Notes: a model not told the origin generated them from the sequence alone. 42,938 bases of DNA from an uncultured Planctomycetia bacterium (GCA_964497635.1 CAZCDB010000003.1:2582-45519); one strand, 5' to 3'; counted from the first letter of the stretch, positions 9,804 through 19,064 are shown. Made by a program: numbers and translations.

Positions 9804-10447
9804 TATTTTTGGTAATCCTCAAGTAGTTCTAGGAGCTCATCAAGTTTTTTTAGGATTTTGGGGGGTACTTCAAGGGTCGAGACGTCTGCTTTATAGTTTT
9901 TGAGGTAGAGGGTGAGTTTTTTAAGGGAGGTATTTTTGTCTTCGGCGGGAGAGGGACTATTTTTGGGACCGGATTTGAGGATGTACTTCATTTTTTTCTT
10001 AATCTCGGCCTCTTCTTTTACATCTTCCAAGATATCTTGACGAAGATCTTCGTACTGGTCCTCAGAGACACGCTCATTTTGATGGGCCAAGCGCAGGGTG
10101 TTGACGGCTTCATAGCTTGGGATGCGGTCAGGCTTTCTTTCCTGTAGAGTCTCGGGACGGACAAATTCAGGCTCTTCTTTTTCCAAGAAGGAGTAAGATT
10201 TAAGCAGTTTTAAAGCAGTGTTTTGCCGGATGCCGATTTCTTTGGCGCAGTAGGTTTCAAAGGTCTGGTACTCCCAGTCCCGATAAAGCTTATCCTTATA
10301 AACCGTAAAAAGAAATTGCCCCAGCTCAATCCAGGAGCTCTTGAAGCTCTTGGCCGCGTCGAGGACTTTAAAACGAAAGCTTCCCGGCTCCAGTCCATCC
10401 ATCCGGTCTTCAAGATTCTGTATCGATTTTGGTTTCTGCGCACTCAT
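9803..10447 (-). CDS. Conserved hypothetical protein (FKSSWIELG / LYRDWEY..FETYC motifs)
   Basis: Coding-like ORF translationally coupled to the DUF2203 gene. ATG 10447 chosen because an extended -10 lies 8 nt upstream. Confidence 0.75.
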   Translation of the reverse strand: MSAQKPKSIQNLEDRMDGLEPGSFRFKVLDAAKSFKSSWIELGQFLFTVYKDKLYRDWEYQTFETYCAKEIGIRQNTALKLLKSYSFLEKEEPEFVRPETLQERKPDRIPSYEAVNTLRLAHQNERVSEDQYEDLRQDILEDVKEEAEIKKKMKYILKSGPKNSPSPAEDKNTSLKKLTLYLKNYKADVSTLEVPPKILKKLDELLELLEDYQK

Positions 10448-10455
10448 GGGGAAAC

Positions 10456-10464
10456 ATTGTATCA
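10456..10464 (-). promoter_or_regulatory. Extended -10 promoter (TGA-TACAAT), probable leaderless
   Basis: Minus strand reads TGATACAAT-gtttcccc-ATG. The TGA part lies in the left arm of the adjacent palindromic element. Confidence 0.6.
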
Positions 10465-10628
10465 CGTCAAGTAACTTAAAACCCTTTTCAGGCCGACGTT
10501 TATTTGCCCCTCCGAGGCAAATAAACTCTACGGAAATTCGCGCTCGTCCCCGTCTACTACGACGGGGACTCCATGGCCGCGCTCTTTACCGAGGCGTCCT
10601 GAAAAGGGTTTTAAGTTGGTTGACGTGA
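10462..10628. repeat. Palindromic element A (MITE/REP-like or structured RNA), 167 bp
   Basis: 31-bp inverted repeats 10462-10492 / 10598-10628 (29/31 match). Internal perfect hairpins 10498-10526 (11-bp stem) and 10546-10569 (9-bp stem). Confidence 0.8.
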
Positions 10629-10657
10629 CACTTAAGCGCGATAATTGCAGGCTTATA

Positions 10658-10852
10658 GGCCAGAACCACCCTTTTATTTTTCGGAGTGAAGGTATGCGAG
10701 GCTTAAGCTGCCCATTCAAATCGATAATAGAAGTTCAGTCAGCAAAGCCTGGAGGGTTTAGGTAAGTCCAAAGCCCAGTAGAAGCCGAGCGAAGGTCTTC
10801 CGAATGAGGAAGACCGGCCGGAACGTAGAAAAATGAAAGGGTGGTTCAGGCC
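10658..10852. repeat. Palindromic element B, 195 bp
   Basis: 25-bp inverted repeats GGCCAGAACCACCCTTTTATTTTTC (10658-10682) / GAAAAATGAAAGGGTGGTTCAGGCC (10828-10852), 23/25 match. Internal hairpin GGTCTTCC-N6-GGAAGACC at 10794-10815. Confidence 0.75.
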
Positions 10853-10931
10853 AACACCCAGAAGAATTAGCAGGGTTTCTAGCGGGGTGACGTTCACAAT
10901 GGTGTCTGTGGTAAAATGATCAGCATTCCAT

Positions 10932-11939
10932 ATGAAAATCGCTGCGTTTGATATTGGGACCAATTCCATTCACATGAAGGTGGTTGAGATCTATCCTGAT
11001 CTTTCTTTTGAGGTGTTGGATCATCAGAAAGACATGACCCGGATTGGGGATGGGAGTTTTAAATCTAAAAAACTTTCCAAGAGCGGTATGAAGCGTGCGC
11101 TCAAAATCATCAGTCAGTTTTCAAAAGTCGCGCGGGAGGAAAAGGTCCAAAAAGTCATCGCAGTGGCCACCAGCGCCGTGCGTGACGCTAAGAATTCAAA
11201 AGCTTTTCTCAAAAACGTTTACCGTAAGACCGGGATCCGAGTTCAGATTATTAGCGGCAGGGAAGAAGGAAGACTTATTTTTCTGGGGAGCACCTCCAAT
11301 CGGGAGCCATTAAAAGAAAAGACGATGGTGATTGATATCGGTGGGGGAAGCGCCGAGTTTGTTTTAGGAAACGGTCGAAAAATTGATCTGAACGAGAGTT
11401 TCCCCTTGGGAGTGGCACGTCTGAAGGATCGTTTTTTTAAAAAAGATCCACCCTCGAAAGAAAATCTAAAAAATCTTGAGGAGTCGGCGGAGATAAAACT
11501 AGAAGAAGTTTTAAATTTTTCGGAAGGAAAAAAATTTTCGCTGGTCGGTACTGGTGGCACGATGATCAATCTTGCTTCCATGATTTATGAAAAAAAGCAG
11601 GGACGACCTTTAAGACTTCACGGGTATTACCGGCTTGAAAAAAAGGACCTAGCAAAGCTCCACGGTCGCTTGGTTCGGATGAATGCCAAGCGTATTCGCA
11701 AACTTCCTGGTTTGGATAAAAAAAGAGCGGATTTGATCCTGGCGGGGAGTACGTTGGTGACGACGCTTTTGAGATTGCTTAAAAAAGATCATATCTTAAT
11801 TTCAGACAAGGGGATACGAGAAGGAATGATCCTTGATTTTATCCTCAAGAAGAGTTCTAATTCCCTTCGTCAGAAGTCAAGCCTGAAGGTGCAGTGGTTT
11901 GGACAGAAACCCTTTTTTAGTGGTAAAATAATCCGTTGA
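10932..11939 (+). CDS. ppx: Ppx/GppA family exopolyphosphatase (short form, no C-terminal HD domain)
   Basis: IAAFDIGTNSIH, VATSAVRDAKN, ISGREEGRL, IDIGGGSAE, PLGVARL, GTGGT, RADLILAG and GIREG motifs. Confidence 0.92.
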   Translation: MKIAAFDIGTNSIHMKVVEIYPDLSFEVLDHQKDMTRIGDGSFKSKKLSKSGMKRALKIISQFSKVAREEKVQKVIAVATSAVRDAKNSKAFLKNVYRKTGIRVQIISGREEGRLIFLGSTSNREPLKEKTMVIDIGGGSAEFVLGNGRKIDLNESFPLGVARLKDRFFKKDPPSKENLKNLEESAEIKLEEVLNFSEGKKFSLVGTGGTMINLASMIYEKKQGRPLRLHGYYRLEKKDLAKLHGRLVRMNAKRIRKLPGLDKKRADLILAGSTLVTTLLRLLKKDHILISDKGIREGMILDFILKKSSNSLRQKSSLKVQWFGQKPFFSGKIIR

Positions 11940-12032
11940 AAAAGCCTCATCTGCGTCGTTGCTCAGTCGTTCGCTTGTGCGACGCTATTCCCTCTTCGCG
12001 CCTAGCATATGAGTCTTTTTCAACAAATTATT
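11927..12032. repeat. Palindromic element C, 106 bp, overlapping the ppx stop codon
   Basis: AATAATCCGTTGAAAAAGCCTCATCTGC (11927-11954) versus GCATATGAGTCTTTTTCAACAAATTATT (12005-12032), 24/28 complementary. Inner GCGTCG/CGACGC stem. Confidence 0.7.
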
Positions 12033-12056
12033 AGTATGACCTTATAAGGATAAAAG

Positions 12057-12785
12057 ATGGCACTCTTTGAGAAGAAACATAGTTACCCGGGCAAGCTTTT
12101 TATTGTCGAGGGGGTGGATGGATCCGGTAAGAGCACGCAGATAGCACTTCTAAAAAAGTGGCTTGAGTCTGAGGGGTATTCAGTTTTTTTTACCGAATGG
12201 AACAGCTCTGATCTTGTCAAAGAGACTACTCGTGAGGGAAAAAAGAAAAATATTCTCACGCCGACTACTTTCAGTCTTCTGCATGCCACCGATTTTGCGG
12301 ATCGCCTCAACTATCAGATCATTCCACCCCTCAAAGCGGGGATGATTGTCTTGGCGGATCGCTACGCCTATACGGCTTTTGCCCGTGATGCCGTTCGGGG
12401 CGTGAGTCCTCAGTGGATCCGGAATCTTTACAGTTTTGCGGTGAAGCCTGATATCAGTTTTTATTTTGACGTGCCGATTCAGATGGCTTGCGAGCGGATC
12501 TTGTCCAATCGTTCTCAGATCAAGTTTCACGAGGCGGGGATGGATTTAGAGCTTTCCAAGGACACCAAAGAGTCGTTTAAAATTTTTCAGTCCAAAATCA
12601 TGGATGAGTACAAAAAAATGATTGAAGAATTTTCTCTGACCTCCATTGATGCCACCCAAGAGATTCATGATCAGCAGGAAATCGTACGTGAGAAGGTGAA
12701 AGAGAATTTGAAAGGATATCTTAAAAAAAGGACGATTTATGCCCGAAAACCCAAAGTATTTTGGCGAAAATTTAGCCTATCTTAA
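12057..12785 (+). CDS. tmk: Thymidylate kinase-like protein 1
   Basis: FIVEGVDGSGKSTQ P-loop, IVLADRY, VKPDISFYFDV. Confidence 0.8.
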   Translation: MALFEKKHSYPGKLFIVEGVDGSGKSTQIALLKKWLESEGYSVFFTEWNSSDLVKETTREGKKKNILTPTTFSLLHATDFADRLNYQIIPPLKAGMIVLADRYAYTAFARDAVRGVSPQWIRNLYSFAVKPDISFYFDVPIQMACERILSNRSQIKFHEAGMDLELSKDTKESFKIFQSKIMDEYKKMIEEFSLTSIDATQEIHDQQEIVREKVKENLKGYLKKRTIYARKPKVFWRKFSLS

Positions 12786-13452
12786 GCCTTCCCAGATCAA
12801 GGGTAAGTTGATCGCGATCGAGGGCACGGATGGGACGGGCCGCTCGACTCAAGTGGCGCTTTTAAAAAACTGGCTCGAAGTCCAAGGGTACGCCGTGCTT
12901 GAGACCGGGTGGGCGCGCTCCAACCTCATGCAAAAATCCATTGAGCTAGCCAAAAGCGGCAACATCATGGACCGGATGACATTCACTCTTTTGTACGCGA
13001 CAGATTTTGCCGACCGTTTTGAAAATCAGATCATGCCAGCGCTTAAATCAGGACATATCGTTTTGACGGACCGCTACATTTTCACCGCTTTTGTTCGGGA
13101 CGCGGTGCGTGAGCCTGATCAGCAGTGGATCCGCAATCTTTTTGGTTTTGCCATCATTCCTCATCTGGTGATTTATCTTAAAATCAAGGTGGAGGATTTG
13201 ATTCCGCGTGTGATTGAGACGGGTGGGATGAATTATTGGGAAGCCGGCATGGACTTACATATGGGCCAGGATTTATTTGATAGTTTTGCCAACTACCAAT
13301 CCGCTTTGATTAAAGAGTATGACAAGCTGGCCAAAGAATTTAGCTTTGAGGTCGTGGAGGCAGAAAAAAGCGTTGAAGAAATCCATGACAAAATCAAAGA
13401 AAGAGTCAAAGATATCCTAAGCTCTTCTAAAAAGACCAAGCATGCCCCCTAA
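12739..13452 (+). CDS. Thymidylate kinase-like protein 2 (P-loop Lys replaced by Arg)
   Basis: LIAIEGTDGTGRSTQ, IVLTDRY; clear paralog of the preceding ORF (shared ATDFADR and EAGMDL). Confidence 0.8.
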   Translation: MPENPKYFGENLAYLKPSQIKGKLIAIEGTDGTGRSTQVALLKNWLEVQGYAVLETGWARSNLMQKSIELAKSGNIMDRMTFTLLYATDFADRFENQIMPALKSGHIVLTDRYIFTAFVRDAVREPDQQWIRNLFGFAIIPHLVIYLKIKVEDLIPRVIETGGMNYWEAGMDLHMGQDLFDSFANYQSALIKEYDKLAKEFSFEVVEAEKSVEEIHDKIKERVKDILSSSKKTKHAP

Positions 13453-14137
13453 ATCCTGTATCCTGGTCATCGATGATGAAAAGGATATCGTTAAGCTTCT
13501 CCAATACAATCTCGAAAAAGAAGGTTATCAAGTGTTGTCCGCACTCTCTGGCGAAGAAGGTTTGGAGGCCGCTCGAAATAAAAAACCGGATCTGATTCTT
13601 TTAGATCTAATGCTTCCCGGAGTTGACGGTCTTGAGGTGTGCCGACTTTTAAAGACGGATCCCAAGACCCGCTTGATTCCTGTCATGATGCTCACAGCCA
13701 AGGGGAGCGAGATTGATCAGGTGGTTGGACTGGAGCTTGGAGCTTCTGATTATGTTCCCAAGCCCTTCAGCGTGAAAGTGGTTCTAGCCCGAGTCAAAAA
13801 TCTTCTTCGCGCTAAAGCAAGCCCGCAAGAAGCCACAACTCCTCTATTAAAAGCAGGAGGGATTTTGCTAGATCGTGAGAGGCACCGGGTGACTCTTCAG
13901 GGAAAACCGATTGAGCTGACAAAGCTTGAGTTTAAGATCCTAGCGTTTTTGATGGAGAACCGAGGGAAATTGTACTCTCGTGATAAAATTTTGGATGGAG
14001 TTTGGCAGGGAGAGGCTTTTGTTGTGGATCGTTCGGTGGATGCGCATATCAAAAGCCTCCGGCATAAACTTGGGAAATCTCGAGAGGTTTTGGAGACAGT
14101 CAGAGGCGAAGGTTATCGTTTTTCGGAGAAAGATTGA
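13442..14137 (+). CDS. phoB: OmpR/PhoB-family response regulator
   Basis: Receiver domain (ILVIDDE, PDLILLDLMLP, MLTAK, GASDYVPKPF) plus winged helix (LTKLEF, DRSVDAHIKSLR, ETVRGEGY). Confidence 0.85.
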   Translation: MPPKSCILVIDDEKDIVKLLQYNLEKEGYQVLSALSGEEGLEAARNKKPDLILLDLMLPGVDGLEVCRLLKTDPKTRLIPVMMLTAKGSEIDQVVGLELGASDYVPKPFSVKVVLARVKNLLRAKASPQEATTPLLKAGGILLDRERHRVTLQGKPIELTKLEFKILAFLMENRGKLYSRDKILDGVWQGEAFVVDRSVDAHIKSLRHKLGKSREVLETVRGEGYRFSEKD

Positions 14138-15180
14138 TGGGACTGGGTGGGGCAGAATCTCGGGATATGATCTTGGCGACGCTAGCAAGCATGGCGGAGG
14201 GAGTCCTGATGATGGACGCCAAGGGCAAAGCGCTTCTGGTCAACGAGGCATTACTCCAAACGCTTAAGCTCAAGAAAGAACAGACAGCCAAGGCCTATTA
14301 TTGGGAAATATTTCGTGACTCTGAAGTCAATCAGATGATCGAAAATGTTTTGGAAAAAAAGAAGGTGATTCAGAAAGAGCACTCAATCTTATTGTCGGAT
14401 AAAACTTTTGAGATTCAGGTTTCACCGGTGATGGGAGGAGAGGAGTTTCTTGGGGCGGTGGCGGTTTTTCACGATGTCACACGGCTTAAAAAACTAGAGA
14501 AAATGCGCACGGAGTTTGTGGCCAATGTATCGCATGAGCTTAAAACCCCTCTCACCGCTATCCTGGGATTTGTTGAGACCTTAAAAGATGGGGCGGTGGA
14601 CGATCCGGCTTGCCGCATTGGTTTTTTGACGACGATTGAGGAGCATGCTAAGAACTTGCGAGAATTGGTTGAGGATCAACTTTTTCTATCCTCGATTGAG
14701 TCGGGCAAAAGCCTCCTAAGAATCCAGTCTTGTGACTTGGATAAGATCCTCGAGCGAGCGGTGAGCTATCTTCAGTTTAAGATTTCAGAGAAGAAAATCA
14801 TTTTTGAAAAAGAAATCATTCCCCAACCCTTTTTAATCTCCGTGGATCCTGCCTTATTTGAAAGAGTTCTCATCAATCTTTTGGATAATGCCGTCAAATA
14901 CAGCCACTCCGGCGGAAAGATTGGGGTCCGGGCGTACAGGGAAATGGATAGTATTTGCATTGAGATCCAGGATCAAGGGATTGGGATTTCGGAGTCGGAT
15001 CAGAGGAGAATTTTTGAGAGGTTTTATCGGGTTGATAAAAGTCGCTCTCGTGACAGTGGGGGCGCGGGGCTGGGTCTTGCGATTACCAAGCATATTATCG
15101 AGAGCCATGGAGGTGTGGTGGAGGTTGAAAGTGTTCTCCAAAAAGGCTCGAAGTTTACCCTCCGCCTGCAGTATAATTAA
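14134..15180 (+). CDS. phoR: PhoR-like histidine kinase (PAS-HisKA-HATPase), no transmembrane segments
   Basis: EFVANVSHELKTPLT, NLLDNAVKYS, DQGIGI, IFERFYRVDKSRSR and GGAGLGLAI motifs. Confidence 0.85.
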   Translation: MMGLGGAESRDMILATLASMAEGVLMMDAKGKALLVNEALLQTLKLKKEQTAKAYYWEIFRDSEVNQMIENVLEKKKVIQKEHSILLSDKTFEIQVSPVMGGEEFLGAVAVFHDVTRLKKLEKMRTEFVANVSHELKTPLTAILGFVETLKDGAVDDPACRIGFLTTIEEHAKNLRELVEDQLFLSSIESGKSLLRIQSCDLDKILERAVSYLQFKISEKKIIFEKEIIPQPFLISVDPALFERVLINLLDNAVKYSHSGGKIGVRAYREMDSICIEIQDQGIGISESDQRRIFERFYRVDKSRSRDSGGAGLGLAITKHIIESHGGVVEVESVLQKGSKFTLRLQYN

Positions 15181-15183
15181 AAG

Positions 15184-15861
15184 ATGACCAAAGAGTCGCT
15201 CAAAGATCATGGGTTAGTGCTTGTCAGCGGAGGCGTTGAAAGCTCAGTTCTTCTAGCGGAAGCTCTCTCGCGCTATAGCAAAGTCACCCCGCTTTATATT
15301 CGCAATCATCTGCGTTGGGAAGAGGCAGAACTTTTTTGGCTCAAGTCTTTTCATCGCGGTCTCCGCTCCCCGAAGCTCGAACCAATCAAGATCGTGGATC
15401 TTCCCATGCGGGATACTTATGATCGCCACTGGAGCATCACCGGGATCAAAGTGCCCGGCCCCAAATCTAAAGATGAGTCGATGTATCTGCCGGGAAGAAA
15501 TATTTTATTTTTATCCAAAGCAGCTTGCGTGGCGGCTCTTTGTGGAGTCTCGGTGATCGAGATTGGGGTACTCAAAGGCAATCCGTTTAAAGACAGCTCC
15601 AAAGCTTTCTTGAGTAAGATGGAAGATGTATTGTCACTGGGCCTAGACGAGCCGATTGAGATCCGGGCTCCTTTTCAAAAAATAAAAAAAGAAGAAGTTT
15701 TAATTCTTGGAAAAAATCTGCCACTGGAGCTTACTTTTTCCTGCGTCAATCCCAAGGGATTTGAGCACTGTGGGGATTGCAATAAATGTACGGAGAGAAA
15801 AAAAGCTTTCTTCGCTGCCGGGATTTTTGACAAAACTCGGTACAAAAAATCTGGGGTCTGA
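15184..15861 (+). CDS. queC: 7-cyano-7-deazaguanine synthase-like PP-loop ATPase
   Basis: LVSGGVESS PP-loop, YLPGRNILFLS, TFSC-x8-HCGDCNKC Zn site. Confidence 0.75.
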   Translation: MTKESLKDHGLVLVSGGVESSVLLAEALSRYSKVTPLYIRNHLRWEEAELFWLKSFHRGLRSPKLEPIKIVDLPMRDTYDRHWSITGIKVPGPKSKDESMYLPGRNILFLSKAACVAALCGVSVIEIGVLKGNPFKDSSKAFLSKMEDVLSLGLDEPIEIRAPFQKIKKEEVLILGKNLPLELTFSCVNPKGFEHCGDCNKCTERKKAFFAAGIFDKTRYKKSGV

Positions 15862-16809
15862 TTGAAAATTTTAGTTTTTGGGGCTGGTGGCGTGGGGAGT
15901 GTTCTGGGTGGATTTTTGGCGCGGACGGGTCATGAAGTCTCGCTTTTGGGACGTCCCTGGCATCTGGATGTAGTCCGTAAAAATGGCCTCTCGATTACCG
16001 GGATCTGGGGAGAATACCGGATCAAAGCGTTTGATCTCTACACGGAGGTGGCACAAATAAAAGCGGCTGGCGCCACTTTTGATCTTATCCTTCTGACAGT
16101 AAAATCTTACGATACCTTGCGTGCGGTTGAAGAAATTCAAACACTTCTTCAAGAAAATACGATGGTACTCTCTCTTCAAAATGGTTTGGGAAACATCGAA
16201 GCCATGCTGTCCAAAATTCCTAAGGATCAACTGCTTGCTGGGCGGGTCATTTTTGGAGTGGATACGCTCCCTGGGACTGTTCGTGTGACGGTCAACGCCG
16301 ACTCGGTATACATCGGTCCGATTCCGGATGGCAGCCCAAAATTAAGCGCTGAGCGCATGGCCGTCATCCTCAATACTGCCAAAATTCCCTCCGAGCCTGT
16401 CAAAAATATTTTACCCAAGCTTTGGTCGAAGGTGATTTATAACTCCAGCCTTAATGCAATCTGCGCGTTGGGCCAGATGCCTTATGGGAAAATCTTGGAG
16501 CAGGAAAAAACACGTCAGCAAATGCAGGCGATTGTGCGGGAGTGTTATGCCGTGGCTCGGGCAGAAAACTTGTTGTTAGAACCTGCCACTGCCGAAGAAT
16601 ACATCGAGCTTCTCGAAAATAAATTGATTCCCAAAACAGCCACTCACTTTCCATCGATGCTTCAGGATTTAAAGCGTGGGAAAAAAACAGAAATTGACTC
16701 TCTCAATGGTGCGATTGTGCAGCTAGGTTTGCAGAAAGGGGTATCGACACCTGTTAATTTTGAAATTACCAATCGTATTTATTCACACAACACTTCTCCC
16801 TCGAATTAA
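15862..16809 (+). CDS. panE: 2-dehydropantoate 2-reductase
   Basis: MKILVFGAGGVGS, VKSYD, LQNGLGN, WSKVIYN, SMLQDL and EIDSLNG motifs; TTG start immediately after the queC stop. Confidence 0.92.
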   Translation: MKILVFGAGGVGSVLGGFLARTGHEVSLLGRPWHLDVVRKNGLSITGIWGEYRIKAFDLYTEVAQIKAAGATFDLILLTVKSYDTLRAVEEIQTLLQENTMVLSLQNGLGNIEAMLSKIPKDQLLAGRVIFGVDTLPGTVRVTVNADSVYIGPIPDGSPKLSAERMAVILNTAKIPSEPVKNILPKLWSKVIYNSSLNAICALGQMPYGKILEQEKTRQQMQAIVRECYAVARAENLLLEPATAEEYIELLENKLIPKTATHFPSMLQDLKRGKKTEIDSLNGAIVQLGLQKGVSTPVNFEITNRIYSHNTSPSN

Positions 16810-16887
16810 GTTTTTTTAAGCAAAAATCATTTTGAACGATTCCTGCTATATTTCTTAAGCTTTAACTCACCATATTTTAGCCCTCTA

Positions 16888-16916
16888 TTGAAGTGCTGCA
16901 AGTCATCCCGTATACT
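16888..16916 (+). promoter_or_regulatory. sigma70-type promoter
   Basis: TTGAAG-N17-TATACT upstream of the 16989 gene. Confidence 0.6.
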
Positions 16917-16988
16917 TCGCGGCGTATCGCCTCTTTTTTATTTTCTATTTATTTTCATGCAAGTTTAAATTTTATTGAAGGGTAAATT

Positions 16989-19064
16989 TTGAAAAAAAGA
17001 AAATATTTTTTGCCCATGGCAATGGGTTTATTCATTGTTTCTTTCGGAGTTTATCAGGGCGCAAGCGCCAATCCCGTATGGGTTGGCAATCTGGTGGTAA
17101 TCAGCGATCTACCAAGACCCACAAGAATTTTTGAACCCGTCACACAGCTTTTAGAAAAAACAGTTTCGATTCCAAAAGAAGGTCAATTTTTTCAGCGGCC
17201 TCGAGAAAATCTCACCATTCTTCAAGAAAGGCCAATTGCTCCCCAAGAAATAAAGTCCCCGCAAGGTCCCGGCATTCAATTTTTCCCGAGGCCTATTTCA
17301 AAAAATCTGTCCAATTCGGCGACTCAAAAGGTTCCTCGAATTATCAAAGAGATCGAGCACAAGTTTGACCGTGAGAAATACGAAGCGTTTAAAGTTTTCT
17401 CTGAAGATGAGAGTGGTAAGAAAGTCCCAAAATCGGACAAAGCGGTAGTTCTTCATATCCAAACAGAGCTTGGAAAGTACCAACAAGCGCTTGTAAGGGC
17501 GGCTCAAAAAGCAGAAGTTCGTCGCCTGCATCTTGTTCGGTATTTGCTCAGAGAATCTCAGGGATTTCACCTCACTCCCAAGACAATTCCCTATGTTCGG
17601 ACCGTTTTTTCATCTTTTTTAAACGTGATCAGTCCCTGGGTGGGCCCTGCGTCTCTGGATTGTACTTCGCGTGTTTTATCGGATCAGAACCGATTTTCTG
17701 TAAATCCTGAAAATCTTCGTAACACCCGCACTTTTCTTGAAAATAATCTGACCGAGGGAGGACTTCCTCTTTCTTACCAGTGTGAGACGGACTATTGGAA
17801 ACAGTTGAAATCTCCCATGGACCGAGTGGACTCTGTCCTTGAGCGTGTGATCGTCAAATACAGTGTCAATATTTACGACTCTGCCGTATGGCAGATCGCC
17901 TTATCTGTTTTTGAATCCGACCGCTCTTCCAAGCTTGTCGACGCGCACACCCAGAGAATGATCTCCGGTACCTCCGGAAGACTTCAGGACATCCGCGCCT
18001 ATGGGCCCGATTTTAAGTACGGTGAAAAGCGAAAAGTTTTAAAACGTGATAACGCTTTTTTCTTTCGCATCATCGCGGATGAATATATTCAAGAAGATCC
18101 TCTGGGTGAAAATGAGCTGGAGGGATATCCCAATTTTAAAACGGTTCACCATGAAGATTGGAAACCGATTACCGGAGAGCAGGCGTGGGCGGCGATCATT
18201 GGCCCTATTCAAGTGGCCTATGAAAAATACGGTGAGGACATTCCTTTGAAATGTCCTGAGATGCGTCTAGCGATGAGCATTCTTCCGGCACTCGAAGCAA
18301 TGGAGAGTCGATCCGGAGCGATTTACCACGCGCCGGCCGGGACTCATGGAAAAAATCCTCATGACATCTCTAATGAAAATAATTTTTCGATGTACGCAGC
18401 ACTGAGGATGCTGTATCAATCTCTAGAAAAAAAAGATCCCTTTAACGCCGAAAGGGTCCGTAAATTGCTCCGCGTACAGGAACGTTATTTTAGAAAATAC
18501 GCTTATGACCAGGAGAGTGGTATTTTTTATCAGGGAGGGTTTTATGTTGAGGGAGAGTTTATCCCCACTCGGATTTTTGCCGTGGACTGTCAGACTTGGG
18601 GCATCGCTTCTCTTGGGGTTGAAAAAGTAGATGCCATGTTTGGTGAGGGAACCTCTTACAAGATTTGGAAAAACACGGTACAACGCGCTGGATACTTTGA
18701 TGAATTTGGAAGTCTCATGGGGGTAGGATTTACCGATGACCATCGCATTCTGTCTGTGGAGTGGACTTGCGGAGCCATTTTGGCTACCCGGAAAATGGCA
18801 GAGGCTTACCGAGATACTCATCCGGACTGGGCTCGTGAATGCGCTCTGGATGCCGTTTCGATGCGTCATGGAGTTGAAGAGGTAAAGACCCATCCTACCG
18901 AAGACTCTACCGCTTATCTTTATGCCAACAATCGTTATTTTATCCCGTTTGGTTGGTGGGCCAACCCCATCCCAAGTCTTGTTTCATCGGCTTGGATTAT
19001 TTTAATCGATTTGGATTATGACCCGTTTATCTTAGGTGGCGGACCTTCTTTCGTGCGCTCTTAA
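16989..19064 (+). CDS. Secreted protein, paralog 1; possible (alpha/alpha)6 glycosidase-like fold
   Basis: Signal peptide ending ASA. The C-terminal ~440 aa share long motifs with the next ORF (IYD.AVWQIAL, HHEDWKPITGEQAWAAIIGP, ENNFS.YAAL, DCQTW, SVEWTCGAIL, RYFIPFGWWANPIPSL). The fold assignment is inference. Confidence 0.8.
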   Translation: MKKRKYFLPMAMGLFIVSFGVYQGASANPVWVGNLVVISDLPRPTRIFEPVTQLLEKTVSIPKEGQFFQRPRENLTILQERPIAPQEIKSPQGPGIQFFPRPISKNLSNSATQKVPRIIKEIEHKFDREKYEAFKVFSEDESGKKVPKSDKAVVLHIQTELGKYQQALVRAAQKAEVRRLHLVRYLLRESQGFHLTPKTIPYVRTVFSSFLNVISPWVGPASLDCTSRVLSDQNRFSVNPENLRNTRTFLENNLTEGGLPLSYQCETDYWKQLKSPMDRVDSVLERVIVKYSVNIYDSAVWQIALSVFESDRSSKLVDAHTQRMISGTSGRLQDIRAYGPDFKYGEKRKVLKRDNAFFFRIIADEYIQEDPLGENELEGYPNFKTVHHEDWKPITGEQAWAAIIGPIQVAYEKYGEDIPLKCPEMRLAMSILPALEAMESRSGAIYHAPAGTHGKNPHDISNENNFSMYAALRMLYQSLEKKDPFNAERVRKLLRVQERYFRKYAYDQESGIFYQGGFYVEGEFIPTRIFAVDCQTWGIASLGVEKVDAMFGEGTSYKIWKNTVQRAGYFDEFGSLMGVGFTDDHRILSVEWTCGAILATRKMAEAYRDTHPDWARECALDAVSMRHGVEEVKTHPTEDSTAYLYANNRYFIPFGWWANPIPSLVSSAWIILIDLDYDPFILGGGPSFVRS

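Noticed and set aside
10528-10719. 63-aa ORF sharing NLKPFSGR with a plus-strand ORF
   Set aside because: The shared peptide simply reflects the inverted repeat of element A.
10462-10852. CRISPR array, tRNA or complete IS element
   Set aside because: The repeats are inverted rather than direct with spacers; no cloverleaf or T-loop consensus; no transposase ORF.
15184-15861. QueC-containing anti-phage system (Qat or type IV CBASS)
   Set aside because: No neighbouring TatD, P-loop ATPase, cyclase or TGT genes; the flanks are phoR and panE.
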